NCBI RefSeq assembly: GCF_009914755.1 | Contig: NC_060935.1 | DNA from: the human T2T-CHM13v2.0 reference genome, Homo sapiens | Length of the DNA: 64,000 nucleotides | Strand: one strand, 5' to 3' | Shown: positions 1 to 15,005 of the stretch, piece by piece | Layout of the letters: each line of letters starts with the position of its first letter | Numbering within the stretch: the first letter of the stretch is position 1 | Made by a program: the position numbers and the translations under genes | The notes under the pieces: generated by a model | The model's input: only the letters and a program-made list of their open reading frames with translations | Told to the model about the DNA's origin: nothing | Databases searched by the model: none

Positions 1-22
1 TTATATTTCTTTTCTTTTTCTT

Positions 23-55
<33 letters not shown>

Positions 56-327
56 AGACAGGGCCTGGTTCTGTCCTCTAGGCTGGAGTGCAGTAGCATG
101 ATCTCAGCTCACTGCAACCCCTGCTCAAGCGATCCACCTGCCTCAGCCTCTGGAGTAGCTGGGACTACAGGAACGTACCATCATGCCCCTCTAATATTTT
201 CATTTTTTGTAGAGATGGGGTCTTGCTATGTTGCCCAGGTTGATCTCAAACTCCTGGGCTCAAGTGATCCTCCTGCTATGGCCTCCCAAAGTGCTGGGAT
301 TATAGGCATGAGCCACTGCACTCAGCC
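1..327 (-). mobile_element. Alu SINE (AluJ-like)
   Basis: T-rich tail 1-54 followed by antisense Alu body ending ...gagccactgcactcagcc. Confidence 0.9.
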
Positions 328-387
328 ATCAGTGTGTTTTAGAATGCACTTTGGGAAATGCGGTGCATTTGGGGAAGTCCTAGTAAA

Positions 388-650
388 GTAATTAAAGCAC
401 TGACTCTGGAGCCAGACCACCTGTGTCTAAATCCCGACTCCATCATTTACTAGTTGTGGGTCCTTGGGCAAATATACTCTTCCTGTCTCAGTTTCCTTTG
501 AGCTATAAAACAGGAATAATAATAATAATGCCTATTTCATATGGTTGCTGCAAGGATTAAATGAGTTTATATATGTGTAAAGTACTTAACACAATCCTAA
601 GCACCTAAACAATGTTATATGAGTACAAGCTATTATTGTTGTTGTTATTA
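388..650 (+). mobile_element. MIR SINE
   Basis: gactctggagccagac...ttgggcaa...ctcagtttcct...ggattaaatgag MIR core. Confidence 0.75.
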
Positions 651-1396
651 TTCTTACACTATTCAGCTTCCAGCCCAATCATTCCAGTCTCCCAGACTCT
701 CAGATTTCCTATCAAGCTATACCAAAGAAGGCAACATGATGGCAAGGATGGGGCTGTTGACATTCCTTCCTGAGTTCAAAGCATTTATAGCCACACTAGA
801 AAGATTTGGAGTTTGCCATTTTCTTTCCAGAACTTGCCAACTGGGACTGTGATTTTAGATGTGCATACATTTAAATAAAGACTTCTTTAAATAGAAACCA
901 TTTAGACGTCCCATGGCATTGGTTATAGAGAAATTTTCCCTTGGCATGAAGAAAATAACAGGCCTTTTCCTTCTGAGTCAGCATCATTGGAAGTAGGAAT
1001 TGTCACCCTTCACGGAAGACTGGCCCAGGTTCTGACCTTCCCTAGTTGTCTCATGTCCATGGCTTTTTCCCAGTCAGATGAAGGGCATGAGCCCCTCCAA
1101 TGCCTTGTCTTCTTGCCAACTTAGCTAATTGCATTCTGCCTTAGGAAAGGGGATGAGAGTGACACCTCAGAACAGATTTCCACAAGACTTGGGTTAAGAG
1201 AAGCTAGCAGTGACCTCATCCTAGTTTTGTGAAAATATGATTTTATTTGAAAAAAAGTGATTTAGGTAAAAGGCTTAAAGAAGTCATTTACAAAAAGAAA
1301 TATAAAAGGCCAAGAAAGATACAAATATTTCTAACCTCACTTATAATCAATAAAATGTAATAAGAATCTAAATATGTTTCTTGTATTAGGATGGGC

Positions 1397-1733
<337 letters not shown>

Positions 1734-2018
1734 GGATGGGCAAGGGGATTTTTGCTGATTTTGTTTTGTTTTGTTTTTTTGACTGACAAAACCTGTAGTG
1801 GAGAAAGTGTGATGAAACTAGGACCCTCTTGCATTATTACTAGGACTACACAATCTTTTTGGAACATTCTTAGATAATATGCAGTATTTGAAATGCATAT
1901 GCCCTTTAATACAGCAATTTGACTTAAAGATAATTGGACACGTAAACAAAAACGTAAGTTCAAAGAAGTTTAAAACTGTCTACGTGGTAGGTTGAATTGT
2001 TTTCAATTTTCCCTCTTC

Positions 2019-2596
<578 letters not shown>

Positions 2597-2860
2597 TCAT
2601 CATAACCAAGGTCTATTTCCCCAACCCTTGACTGGACTTGGCCATATGATGTGCTTTGGCTAACAATCTATGGGAAGAAGTGACATTAAGCCCAGACCTT
2701 AAGAGACCTCAAGTATTTCTGCTTTTCCTCTTGTGTTCCTATATTCTCCAAAAGAAAAGCATGTCCCAGTTGGCTCTTTGGTCTCAGAAAGAAGATAAGA
2801 GACACATGGAGGAGAGTCAGCCTTGCCAGCATATAGACAGAGCAGCTATAAGTTGAAGCT

Positions 2861-2863
<3 letters not shown>

Positions 2864-2899
<36 letters not shown>

Positions 2900-2972
2900 T
2901 ATATATATATAAAATATATATGTATTTATAAATGTAAATATATATACATATATAAATGTAAATATATATATA
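2864..2972. repeat. (AC)~17 followed by degenerate (TA)n microsatellite
   Basis: Read directly. Confidence 0.95.
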
Positions 2973-3167
2973 TTTTTAATTGTCATTTGAAGCCTCTGAT
3001 TTTGAGGACAATTTGTTATGCAGCAGTAGTTAACCAATACAGTCCCTCAATAGAATATACTATATGTAATACCATACTAAGCAGCCATTGTAAATGATTA
3101 AACGATCTATATTTTTTGACATTTAAAAAATCTATTTAATATTGTTAAGTGAAAAAAAATTGAGTTT

Positions 3168-3493
<326 letters not shown>

Positions 3494-3937
3494 CTAGGTA
3501 CAATTACACATATGAACATGCACACACAGATATAAGAAAGAATGTATCATAGTGGTTGTTTCTGCATGATAGGAATCAAAAAATATATTATTTTCTTTTC
3601 TCTGTAGTTTTGTATATTGCTTGATTTCATTTTTCAAAGACCATCCATCTTTTTTATAATTGGAGACATGGCAATGGCAATGATTATGATATGTACTGAG
3701 AAAATAAAGACTAGCATTTTTGGAATAAATAGAAACGTAGTTAGAGAGGAAAAAGGGACCCCATATTACATGCAGCCTCAAAAGGTGGATAGAGTTCAGA
3801 TATGATATATAAAGAACTAGAAGTAGACATAATACTAGTTAACATTGATTTATTCTTACTCTAAGCACTCTGATAAGTGCACTATCTCTCATTTAATCCT
3901 CATAGCAATCCTATGAGGTCATAATTTTAATTGTCCT

Positions 3938-4217
3938 ATTTATTTATTTATTTATTTATTTTGAGTCAGAGTCTCACTCTGTCACCCGGGCTGGAGTGCT
4001 CTGCTTCCCAGGTTCAAGCAATTCTCCTGCCTCAGCCTCTCAAGTAGCTGGGATTATAGGCACGTGCCACCACACCCGGCTAATTTTTGCATTTTTAGTA
4101 GAGATGGGGTTTCACCATGTTGTCCAGGTTGGTCTCGAAATCCTGACCTCAGGTGATCCACCCACCTTGACCTCCCAAAGTGCTGGGATTACAGGTGTGA
4201 GTCACTGCACCCAGCCT
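3938..4217 (-). mobile_element. AluS with ~30-bp internal deletion, inserted in a MIR
   Basis: (TTTA)n tail; TSD taattgtcct; ctggagtgc joined directly to tctgcttccc. Confidence 0.88.
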
Positions 4218-4892
4218 AATTGTCCTTATTTTATAGAAAAAGGAACTGAACTTCTGAGTGGATAAATACTTTGCAGTAGATCACACAGTCTAGATTTGAA
4301 CCCAGGTCTCTCTGACTCCAGGACCCTTCTTCTTGCCAGTACACATGCCTACTCCCATTGCACGATTTGCACAGAGAGAGTGATCCAGAGGCACCAGGTA
4401 TGGAATCCAAATACCTAAGATCTTACAATGTGAGGGACCGTAACGCAAGTCCAGTGGAGGGCATTATAGCACAGAGGACAGGCCACAGAGTCAGCTAGCA
4501 TCAGAAGGCAAATCCTGTCTCTGCGCTTAGCAGCCAAGCAATCGTGTACCAGTTACTTGGCCCTCACTAACCCTGACTCATCCCTCCATGAAAACATAGA
4601 ATAGATAAGAAATACCTCCTTCACAGTTACGAGAATCACTTCATTGTCTGACAAGTAAGCTGCCAATACTTGGTTTAGTAATATTACTAATATCAGTAAA
4701 AAACACTTTGGAAACTGTAAAATGTTAATCAGATACTAATAATTGCAGTCTACAATTTTAGTAAACACAGTATTTAGGGGAAATTGAGCAAGTGAGCTGA
4801 GAGGAGATTTGAGCTGCCTGCGACTGTGCTAGAAAAATAGTGTTGAGCTAGATGAAGAATGTTTCATTAACGATTCATCAGAAATGTGTTGA

Positions 4893-5173
4893 GGCTGGGC
4901 GTGGAGGCTCACATCTGTAATCCCAGCACTTTGGGAGGTCTAGTTGGGGAGATTGCTTGAGCTCAGGAGTTTGAGACCAGCCTGGACAACATTTTTTTTT
5001 TGTAGAATACAAAAATCAGCCAGGCATGGTGGTGTGCACCTGTGGTCTCAGCTACTCATGAGGCTGAGGTGGAAGGACCACCTAAGCCAGAAAGGTAGAG
5101 GCCACAGTGAGCCATGATTGCACTACCGCACTCCAGCCTGGATGACAGAGTGAGATTCTTGTCTCAAAAAGAA
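4893..5173 (+). mobile_element. AluJ (donor of the 2128 insertion)
   Basis: TSD agaaatgtgttga at 4880-4892 and 5174-5186. Confidence 0.9.
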
Positions 5174-5209
5174 AGAAATGTGTTGAAAAGTGGGAAAACA
5201 CTCTATGAA

Positions 5210-5470
5210 GAATTTGTTCATATATTCATTCATTTGCAAGTGTTTACTGAGCACTTACTGTATGCCTTGCACTGTGGTATATTCAAGCAGACTACAGGGT
5301 GATGGTAGTGGGGGAACAAATTTTAATCAAGTGATCACACAAATAAATGTAAAATACACCTGTGATAAATGCAAAAAGAAGGACGTAGAGTTATGGAGCA
5401 TAGTGCAGGAAAATGTTTACTGAGAAAGTGATGTATCAGCTGAGAGCTGAAGGATGAATAGAAATTAAAA
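5210..5470 (-). mobile_element. L2 3' fragment
   Basis: attcattcatt...tttactgagcacttactgtatgcc...gctgagagctgaaggatga. Confidence 0.65.
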
Positions 5471-5551
5471 GGATTTTAGTAACAGGTTGTTATTTTGCAG
5501 ATGAATGGATCGGCATTCTGACAGGGAATTTATATTTAGCCATGTAAATCA

Positions 5552-5748
5552 GAGGTTCTCAAATTTGAGGGTGCATCTGAATCATGTTGTGGGCTCGTTA
5601 AAACACCAATCGCTGAGCCTAACTCTCAGTTTCCAATTCAGCAGGTTTGGGGTGGGGCCCACGGAGGTGCAGATCTAACAAGTTCCGAGGTGATGCTGTT
5701 GCTGCTGAACTGGGGACACACTTGGCTGATCTTGGGGCCACTGCTCTA
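5552..5748. mobile_element. MER5A-like hAT DNA transposon
   Basis: ggttctcaaa...gaatca...tctaacaagttcc.aggtgatgctg...ccactgctcta. Confidence 0.7.
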
Positions 5749-6229
5749 AATTAACACGCACAACACCTCTTGACAACTAACAGAAAACGAAACGTGAGCA
5801 ACTTCTAACAAATGTTTTCCAGATTGCTCACCACAAAAATCAACTTTCAAAGCCTTTTGGTTGGAATGTTTTTACACTAGGTTGAATGCTAACATTACAT
5901 GTTCAACCTTTCAATCCTTATTGAAAAAATAAGAAATAAAAAATCAAAACAAAAATGCCACTGTAATCGTAGAATCACCCTGCAGTTAGCTCTGGGTAAA
6001 CAAATGTCAAAGCAATGTAAACAATACTAATGGAATATTTGAAGGGAAAGAATGAGTGTCTGGCCTCCTAGACTGCAGTGGAATGGAAAGGAGTTTTGGC
6101 GTCCAGAACGAGACAAGAGATGTGCTGGGAGGAGAGGGTTCATTTTGGATGTTGCTATCATTTACAGCATAGGAATTCTGTTCCTTGGAGGCTGGGGGAA
6201 GGGAAACTGCAAACCGTCAATTGCTAATA

Positions 6230-7135
6230 TATTTTAATACTTCAAAAATCTATTTTTAAGATTACATCAGTAATGCATGAATATATTGCCCTTCTAAACA
6301 AGTTAAATCAGTATAGAGCTGAGCCTCCCAACACTAATTCTGTCCCCTTTCCAGAAATAATTTATGACATCCATTTGGTCTTATAGCTTCCAGACCCTCT
6401 TCTAGGCAGTTTTGAGGAGAACAATTGAGTATTATTTCTTGTAATGGTATTACACTCTATGTATTCCACAATTTACTTTTTTAAAACTCATTGTGAAGTC
6501 ATATGGATTTTCCCTATCAGTACCATAACTCCATCATATTATTTTTAATGTTTTGCATATAATTGCAAAACATAGAATTAACAAGATTTATTTATAGATG
6601 TTCGTTTAAGCTGTTTCCTACTCTCTGCAGTCTGTTATATTTTAGTGACAACAAACAACGTTGGCATGAACATTCTTGTCTGTGCCCCTTTGTAGGTCTA
6701 TGTGGGTGCTTCCCTAAGGGATAAATTGGGAAAGATAACCACAGAGTCACCGGAATTTGAATATTTTTCATTTTAACAGATAATGCCAAATTGTTCTTCT
6801 ATCCCCGTCAACAGGGCCACTGCTTTCCTATAGATTTGCCAATAATTAATATTACCAAATATTTGTTACCAAACCTAGGGGTGAAAAAACAGCATTTCAT
6901 TCATGTTTTAATCTTCATTTCCTTTGTTACTAGTAAATTTGAGCATGTTTTCATATTTTCATCATTCATTTATGTTTTCTTTGCTGTGAACTGCCTAGTT
7001 GTGATCTTCTCCTCCTTATTCTTTATATAGTCTAGACACTAGTCTTTTTTTCTCTGTGTATGCTGCAAATACTTACCCCCAGATGTTTTTATTTTGACTT
7101 TATGTCTTTTATCATGGAGAATTTTTAAATTTAGA
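6230..7135 (-). mobile_element. Ancient L1M(E)-type fragment
   Basis: AT-rich antisense L1 3'-like text (gagcatgttttcata, tgtgaactgcct, tgctgcaaatac). Confidence 0.55.
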
Positions 7136-7140
7136 AATTA

Positions 7141-7394
7141 GGCCAGGTGCAGTGGCTCACGCCTGTAATCCCAGTACTTTAGGAGGCTGAGGTGGGTGGA
7201 TCACTTGAGGTCAGGACTTTGAGACCAGCCTGGCCAACATGGAGAAACCCCATCTCTGCTAAAAATACAAAAAATTAGCCGGGTGTGGTGGCTTGTGCCT
7301 GTAATCCCAGCTACTTGGGAGGCTGAGTGCCACTGCACTCCAGCCTGGGCAACAGAGCAAGAGCCTGTCTCAAAAAAAAAAAAAAAAAAAAAAA
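7141..7394 (+). mobile_element. AluS with ~50-bp deletion in the right arm
   Basis: ggaggctgag joined directly to tgccactgcactcc; A tail. Confidence 0.9.
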
Positions 7395-8159
7395 GGAAAT
7401 ATTCACTTTATCATTCTTTTCCCTTTAAGGATTTTCCTGTCTGTGTCTTGTTTAAGAGAGCCTTTACTTTTGTCTTCAACGATTCTGCACCCACTTATGT
7501 GGATTACCTTTAAAACCAATAAGTCGTCTAAGCAGACTTGATCTTACAGATGTTGTAGCCTAGTCATGTCATTTTACAGATAGCAAAACAGAGGCACAAG
7601 CAGGAGATGTGATGTGTAATACTAATACAACTCGCCTCACCCCATAGCTGGGTGACAACAGAGCCAGCCCTTGAACCCAGGTTATCAAATTCTAAGGAAG
7701 CAGATTCTAAATTCTCCCCTGATGCATCTGCTGTGACTTTTAAACTTAAAGCTAACACAGGTGCACCTGATTTGGAAAAGTGTCTACCAAAGCTGGCGCT
7801 AGATGCCACAAGGCCAAAGGGCTCAGGGGAGATGCACACCCTTCTTCAAGCCAGGCTGCTTGTTTACTCCCTTATGAGGAGCCAGTGTGACTCCAACATG
7901 TGCCAGCTCTATGACCTTGAGGAAGTAATGTCCTGCCTCAGTTTCCTCATCTGCTCTCTAGAAATCAATAATGATATATGCCACAAAGCACTGTTGTGAG
8001 TTTAAATGAAATGAGTCTGTGTAAGGACTTACAACATAATTTATGTCCAAAAATATTAGCTATTATTTGTTAACAGCAATAACAACGCAATACCATTCTT
8101 CTTGCGTTTCTGAAAACTTGCATAAATTGGGTTTCTGAGGCCTCCCAGGTTTATGGGGT

Positions 8160-8970
<811 letters not shown>

Positions 8971-9368
8971 TCTAATGAATTTGTAGTAACTAAATTCTCA
9001 CCTGTCCTTATCTCCAATACAGGACTCAGCCTCAGCACCCTAATTTAGACCCCTCCTCCTCCCTCACTATTACTGGGAATCTTCAGAGCCAGCTCACCTG
9101 TTTTCATGAGGTTTCCTCATGTGTTCTTTGCTCTGGCACATGCTGAGTGACACTGATTGAGAAGTCACTTAAGGTGCTATCATATCCCTTGAGATCCTGA
9201 CCGTGTCTTACTCTGCACACATTCCTCCTCAAGGCACTGTCTTCCCACGTTCCCAAACCTGCAGCCCTGTGGAATCAAGGCAGCACTGCATTCCTGGAGC
9301 GCTCCCTGAATGAAGCCACACGGCAATAGTAAAACACATGGGAAGGAGGCTTGTCCCCCCGTACCCTC

Positions 9369-9719
9369 TGTATTAGTCTATTCTCATGCTGCTAATAAAG
9401 ATATACCCAAGACTGGGTAATTTATAAAGGAAAGGGGTATAATTGACTCAGTTCCACATGGCTGGGGTGACCTCACATTCTTGTTCCTAGAAGAACAAGG
9501 GATGTCTTACCTGGTAGCAGGCAAGAGAGAGCTTGTGCAGGGAAACTCCTCTTTATAAAACTATCAGATCTCATGAGACTTATTCACTATCATAAAAACA
9601 GCATGAGAAAGACCCACCCCCATGATTCAATTACCTCCCACTGGGTCCCTCCCACAGCACGTGGGAATTGTGGGAGCTACAATTGGATATTTGGGTAGGG
9701 ACAGAGCCAAACCATATCA
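9369..9719 (-). mobile_element. THE1 solo LTR (MaLR)
   Basis: tgtattagtc...ccaaaccatatca termini; 5-bp TSD ccctc. Confidence 0.88.
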
Positions 9720-11044
9720 CCCTCTCTCGTCACCTGGTCCCTTAAGCAGGCTGCTTATGCCTCATGTCCCTCATGAAAACAGCTCCTCCAGCCTCTGCTT
9801 GTGCTCAGTAGGGCTCAAACACAAGTCTGTGGGACCAAGCTGGGGACCAAGAGCTGAGCAGATACCCTGTTCTATCCTCCCCAACCCTGTCTTGCCTTCA
9901 ACTCCAGCCAAATGGCACTTTGCAGTATGAGGCAACCCAACTCGTGCATTTATCACACATATCTGAATCCCAGTTTAGACTTTAGCTGAGTTCCCTGGTA
10001 TGCTTGAAAGGTGAAAGTCCCCCCTGAATTTTACTGCAGCTGTTAATCAGCACCTGAGTAAGAATTGTTTCTGCTGAGGCTGAAACATAACCTGGCAATT
10101 TTCATTCACCCTTCAGGACTTAGCTCAGCTACTATGGTCCCCAGTGCCTTCCTTGCATTGCTCTTCAGGCAAGGCTGGGAGCTCCTTTTGATAGTCTGAT
10201 AGGGCTCTGGCGGATGGTAACTCCCATCTTACTATGTTGCAACTTGCAAGCTTTTGTAGTGCTGATGCTTCTGTTAGACTGGCCCAATCTTGCTTGTCAT
10301 TAAATTTCCAGTTTACAGCTTGGCATGTCTACACCCTCAGAACATGTTTGTCAAATGAATGAATGAAACAAGGAGACATTGAGATCTTCTGGGAAGTGGG
10401 AGCATCACTAACAAATGGGTTCAAGCTCAGACTGGCTCAGACAGGCACATTCACACAGAGGCACCTAAATGCGGGCTTGTTGATGGTTGGTCCTTTCTGC
10501 TAGAGTACAAGCATCATGACCACAAAGACTCTTATTTACTGCTCTTTGCCCTACCTAGAACATTGCTTGGAACATATAGGCCCTCAATCGATATTTACTG
10601 AAGAAGTGAATGAAATACAGGTGTATTTCCAGCTGTCTTCTCTCCAGGGACACTAACTGGCTTGACTTTTTGTGCTTTCTCCCCCATCCTGGGGAAGAGA
10701 TGGGCACAGAACTAATCTTTCTTCCCCACCCAAGAGAATGGTGGACAGTGGCTGCAGTTTTGCAGATGAAGCCTGGGCCTCAAGGTCAGACAAGCCAGAG
10801 GAGCAGGGCAAGCAGTCACCCACAGTCACGGCACTCTGGCTGGGCTGAGGGCAGGTGAGAACTCAGCCATGGAACTGAAACTGGAGGCAGAAGGTGGAGA
10901 GCATTATGACATTTTTCTTTTGATTTACCGCTTTTGTAAGAAGTGGCGCATATACCCAGAGAAGTATGAAGATAAGGTAAAAACCACTACAAATACTGCA
11001 ATCCCAAGGCACTACTGTTAACACTATGATGAATATCTTTGCAG

Positions 11045-11535
11045 GCATTTCTGTATGCATGTGCAGACACATGTGTGTGCATATATTAGGTTATATTCAG
11101 CTCTAAGTGACAGAAAACCAAAACAACAATGATGTCACCATGATAGAAGCTCATTCCTCTTTCACATGGAAGTCTGGGTGGGAGGCTCAGGCCTGGCAAG
11201 GCACTCCATAATGTCAGTCTCCTAGACTCCTTCTGTCTTGTTGCTAAATTGTAGGTAGCCTCCACCTCATGGTCCACAGGACAGAATTTGCCGTCTAGGA
11301 AAGAGAAAGGAACAAAACAAGAGAAAGGGGTGGGGGTGGGGCAACAGGAATACGTGTTGCTCTTGAGGAAGCTTCCACATATTTCTGCTTACATCCCATT
11401 GGCCTGAACCAAGTTACATGGTCATACCCAGATGCACAGGACTTGGGAAATGTAGCCATGTGCCCAGTTAAAAATCCTATTAGTGTGAAAGAAGAGAGGA
11501 GTAGATATCCAGGGGTGTCTGGCAGTCTCTGTCAC
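11045..11535. mobile_element. Old MLT1 LTR
   Basis: ttctgcttacatcccattggcc...gggaaatgtag MLT1 motifs. Confidence 0.5.
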
Positions 11536-11574
11536 AATCACAGTGTCTATGCAATATTACATAATAGGATCACA

Positions 11575-11790
11575 GAGACAGTATAATAGTGATAAAGATT
11601 AGAAGTCTGGAGATAATTACAGGTTGAAATCTGGTTTAGACACTATTCAGTTTACTTATCTGTAAATTAGGGATTATAGCAGAACAAACCTATTTCATAG
11701 GATTGTTGTGAAGATTGAATGAGCTAATGTATGTAAAAGGGCTTAGCATGGTGCATGACAGTAAGGGAGTAAGCTCTCAGCAAAGTCAGT
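11575..11790 (+). mobile_element. MIR SINE
   Basis: atctgtaaa...tcataggattgttgtgaagattgaatgagctaatg. Confidence 0.65.
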
Positions 11791-12459
11791 TATTACATTT
11801 TCTGCCTTTTTTTATCCTCACCAATATAACGTGAATAAAGTTCTATGTTATCATCTATAGATTTCCTTGTACTATCTTTTTAAATGGCTACACAGTGTTC
11901 CATTATGCAGAGAGAACATTATTTAATTTGTCCACCACTCATTGCCACCATAGATTGTTCTTAATTTTTGCCATTATCAACAATCCTTGCATCAACATCA
12001 TTTTGTACTTGCATGATTACCTCGTTATAGTAAATTCCTAACTGTGAGGTAGCTGGGTCAAACACATGTGTATTTTACATGTGACAATATATTGCCAAAC
12101 TTAGGCAAACAGCTAGCTTCTGAAGACATTGGAACATTCCAGTTTAACCAACAGTTTTTGGGTACCTACTAGATGCTGAGCCTTGTGCTAGAGGCTAGAG
12201 AGGGTCCAAAGATAAATTAAGACATGTCCTGCAATTAGAGAGAAAATAACTCCTAGGGTTTATTTAAAGAAAAAAAAAAAGTTCAGGATGCTGTGAATGC
12301 TGATGATGAGGCTTGAGCTAGGGTGGGAGTGTGGAAGGATCTCCCCAGGGAAGTGCTATTGCACCTAGAAACTGAAGCCCAAAACATGTGTGCATGGATG
12401 GGGAGGATAGGATTGGGGAAGAAAAGTACACTCTAGGGAACAAGAATATGTAGGGGAAA

Positions 12460-12690
12460 GTTGGTTTGATGGCTAAGAGTATACATTCTGGAGCCAGGGT
12501 ATCTAGGTCCAAATGATGGCCCTGCCACTACTACCTAAGAATGACTTCTCTGTACCTCAGGTCTCTGACCTTTACAATGGGATGATAGTAATATTAATAA
12601 TAAGGTTATTGTGAAGATTGAATAAGTTAATGCACAGAAGCACTGAGACAAGCTCCTGGCAGATAGAAAGCGTACTGTATCAGCTAATAG
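12460..12690 (+). mobile_element. MIR SINE
   Basis: tctggagccag...ctctgtacctcag...ttgtgaagattgaataagttaat. Confidence 0.65.
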
Positions 12691-12722
12691 CAATACTTTC
12701 ATCTTCTTGTCTGCTTGAAAGT

Positions 12723-14468
12723 ATTTTTTTATTTTAATTTTTATTTTAAGTTCTGGGGTACATGTGCAGGATGTGCAGATTTGTTGCATAGGTAAATGTG
12801 TGCCATGGTAGTTTGCTGCACCTATCAACCCATCACCTAGGTATTAAGCCTAGCATGCATTAGCTATTTTCCCTAATGTTCTCCCTCCCCCATCCTCCCC
12901 CAACAGGCCCCAGTGTGTGTTGTTCCCCTGTTGCGGTAAGTCAGGGACCCCGAACGGAGGCACCGGCTGGAGCCGAGGTGGAAGAACATAAATTGTGAAG
13001 ATTTCATGGACATTTATCAGTTCCCAAAATTAATACTTTTATAATTTCTTTCACCTGTCTTTACTGCAATCTCTGAACATCAATTGTGAAGATTTCATGG
13101 ACATTTATCACTTCCCTAATAATACTCTTACAACTTCTTATGACTATCTTTACTTTAATCTCTTAATCCTGCTATCTTCGTAAGCTGAGAATGTACCTCA
13201 GGACCACTATTGTACAAATTGATTGTAGAACATGTGTGTTTGAACAACATGAAATCTGATTGTAAAATGTGTGTTTGAGCAATATGAAATCAGTGCACCC
13301 TGAAAAAGAACAAAATAACAGCGATTTTCAGGGAAGAAGGGAAGATAACCATAAGGTCTGACTGCCTGCAGTGTCAGTCAGAATAGAGCCATATTTTTCT
13401 TCTTGCAGAAAGCCTATAAATGAATGTGTGAGTAGGAGAAATATCGCTGAATTCTTTTCCCAGCAAGGAATAACCCTGGGGAAGGAATGCATTCCTGGGG
13501 GTAGGTCTATAGACGGCCGCTCTGGGAGTGTCTGTCTTATGCAGTTGAGAAAAGGACTGAAACATACCCTGGTCTCCTGCAGTACCCTCAGGCTTAATAG
13601 GATTAGGAAATTCCAGCCTGGTAAATTCTAGTCAGACTGGTTCTCTGCTCTCGAACCCTGTTTCCTGTTAAGATGTCTATCAAGACAATGCATGCACAGC
13701 GGGACATAGACCCTCATCAGTAATTCTAATTTTGCCTTGCCTTGTGATCTTTATTGTCCTTTGAAGCATGCGATCCTTGTGACCTACTCTCTGTTCGTAC
13801 ACCGCCTCCCCTTTTAAAATTCCTAATAAAACTTGCTGGTTTTGCGGCTCGGGGTTGTCATCACGGTCCTACCTTTATATGATGTCACTCCTGGACTCCC
13901 GGAGACCCAGCTGTAAAATTTCTCTCTTTGTACTCTTTCTCTTTATTTCTCAGACTGGCTGACACTTAGGGAAAATAGAAAAGAACCTACATTGAAATAT
14001 TGGGGGCTGGTTCCCCGATATTCCCCTCCCTGTGTTCATGTGTTCTCGTTGTTCAGCTCCTACTTGTAACTGAGAACATGTGGTGTTTGGTTTTCTGTTC
14101 CTGTGTTAGTTTGCTGAGGATAATGGCTCCCAGCTGCATCCATGACCTGCAAAGGATATGATCTCATTCATTTTTATGGATGCATAGTATTCCATGGTGT
14201 ATATATACCACATTTTCTTTATCTGGTCTATGTTGATGGTATTTGGGTTGATTCTATGTCTTCGCTATTGTGAAAAGTGCTGCAATGAATATATGCATGC
14301 ATGTATCTTTGTAATAGAATGATTTATATTCCTTTGGGTATATACCCAGTAGTAGGATTGCTGTGTCAAATGTCATTTCTGGTTCTAGATCTTTGAGGAA
14401 TCACCACACCATCTTCCACAATGGTTAAACTAATTTACATTCCCACCAACAGTGTAAAAGCATTCCTA
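12723..14468 (-). mobile_element. 5'-truncated L1PA (about L1PA8 age) 3' end, split by MER11
   Basis: Antisense L1 3'UTR; TSD tgct(t/c)gaaagt at 12712-12722 and 14469-14479. Confidence 0.88.
12929..14020 (+). mobile_element. MER11 solo LTR (HERV-K HML-8)
   Basis: Starts tgttgcgg.aagtcagggaccccgaacggagg, ends ccccgata; 6-bp TSD ttcccc. Confidence 0.9.
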
Positions 14469-14559
14469 TGCTCGAAAGTCTTAATCCAGGATTGTGAGAG
14501 TTCAACAGTCAGCATCACAGCATGCCCTATGCATTTTCCCCATGAGTTTCCTCATTCTT

Positions 14560-15005
14560 TCATTCAGTGAGTATTACTGAACACCTCCCAGGGTGGTAAG
14601 CAAAATAGTCCAGACCCAGGCTTCGAGGTACTGTCTGGTGATGGAGGATTTTAAAAATCAAAAATCCCACACAAAAAGAAGCCCAGTGAGTCACAGACCA
14701 CTCTGTGCTGTGAAAAAAGCACAGGGAGATCTGTGAGAGCCCATCAGGGACACATCCAGAGGGACACGACAAAGAAAATGACAAAGAAACAAAGATGTGG
14801 GGATTAGGAGGCATCAACCAGGTAAATCGTGTTGGGGGTGTGGGGTAAACCAAGCAGAGGGAACAGCCTATGGGAAGAACCTGAGGAGGGAACGTTTAGC
14901 ACCTTGGAGGAAGTGAGAAAAGGCCATTGTGCAGTGAGGACAATGTGAGGAGCGAGGGAGTGAAGAGATGCACCAGGCAAGGTGGGGAGGGAGGCAGGGC
15001 TGGAC
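14560..15005 (-). mobile_element. L2 fragment
   Basis: ttcattcagtgagtattactgaacacct...cagagggaacagc...aggccattgtg. Confidence 0.5.

Noticed and set aside
12985-13115. Internal direct repeat in MER11
   Set aside because: As recalled, part of the MER11 consensus.
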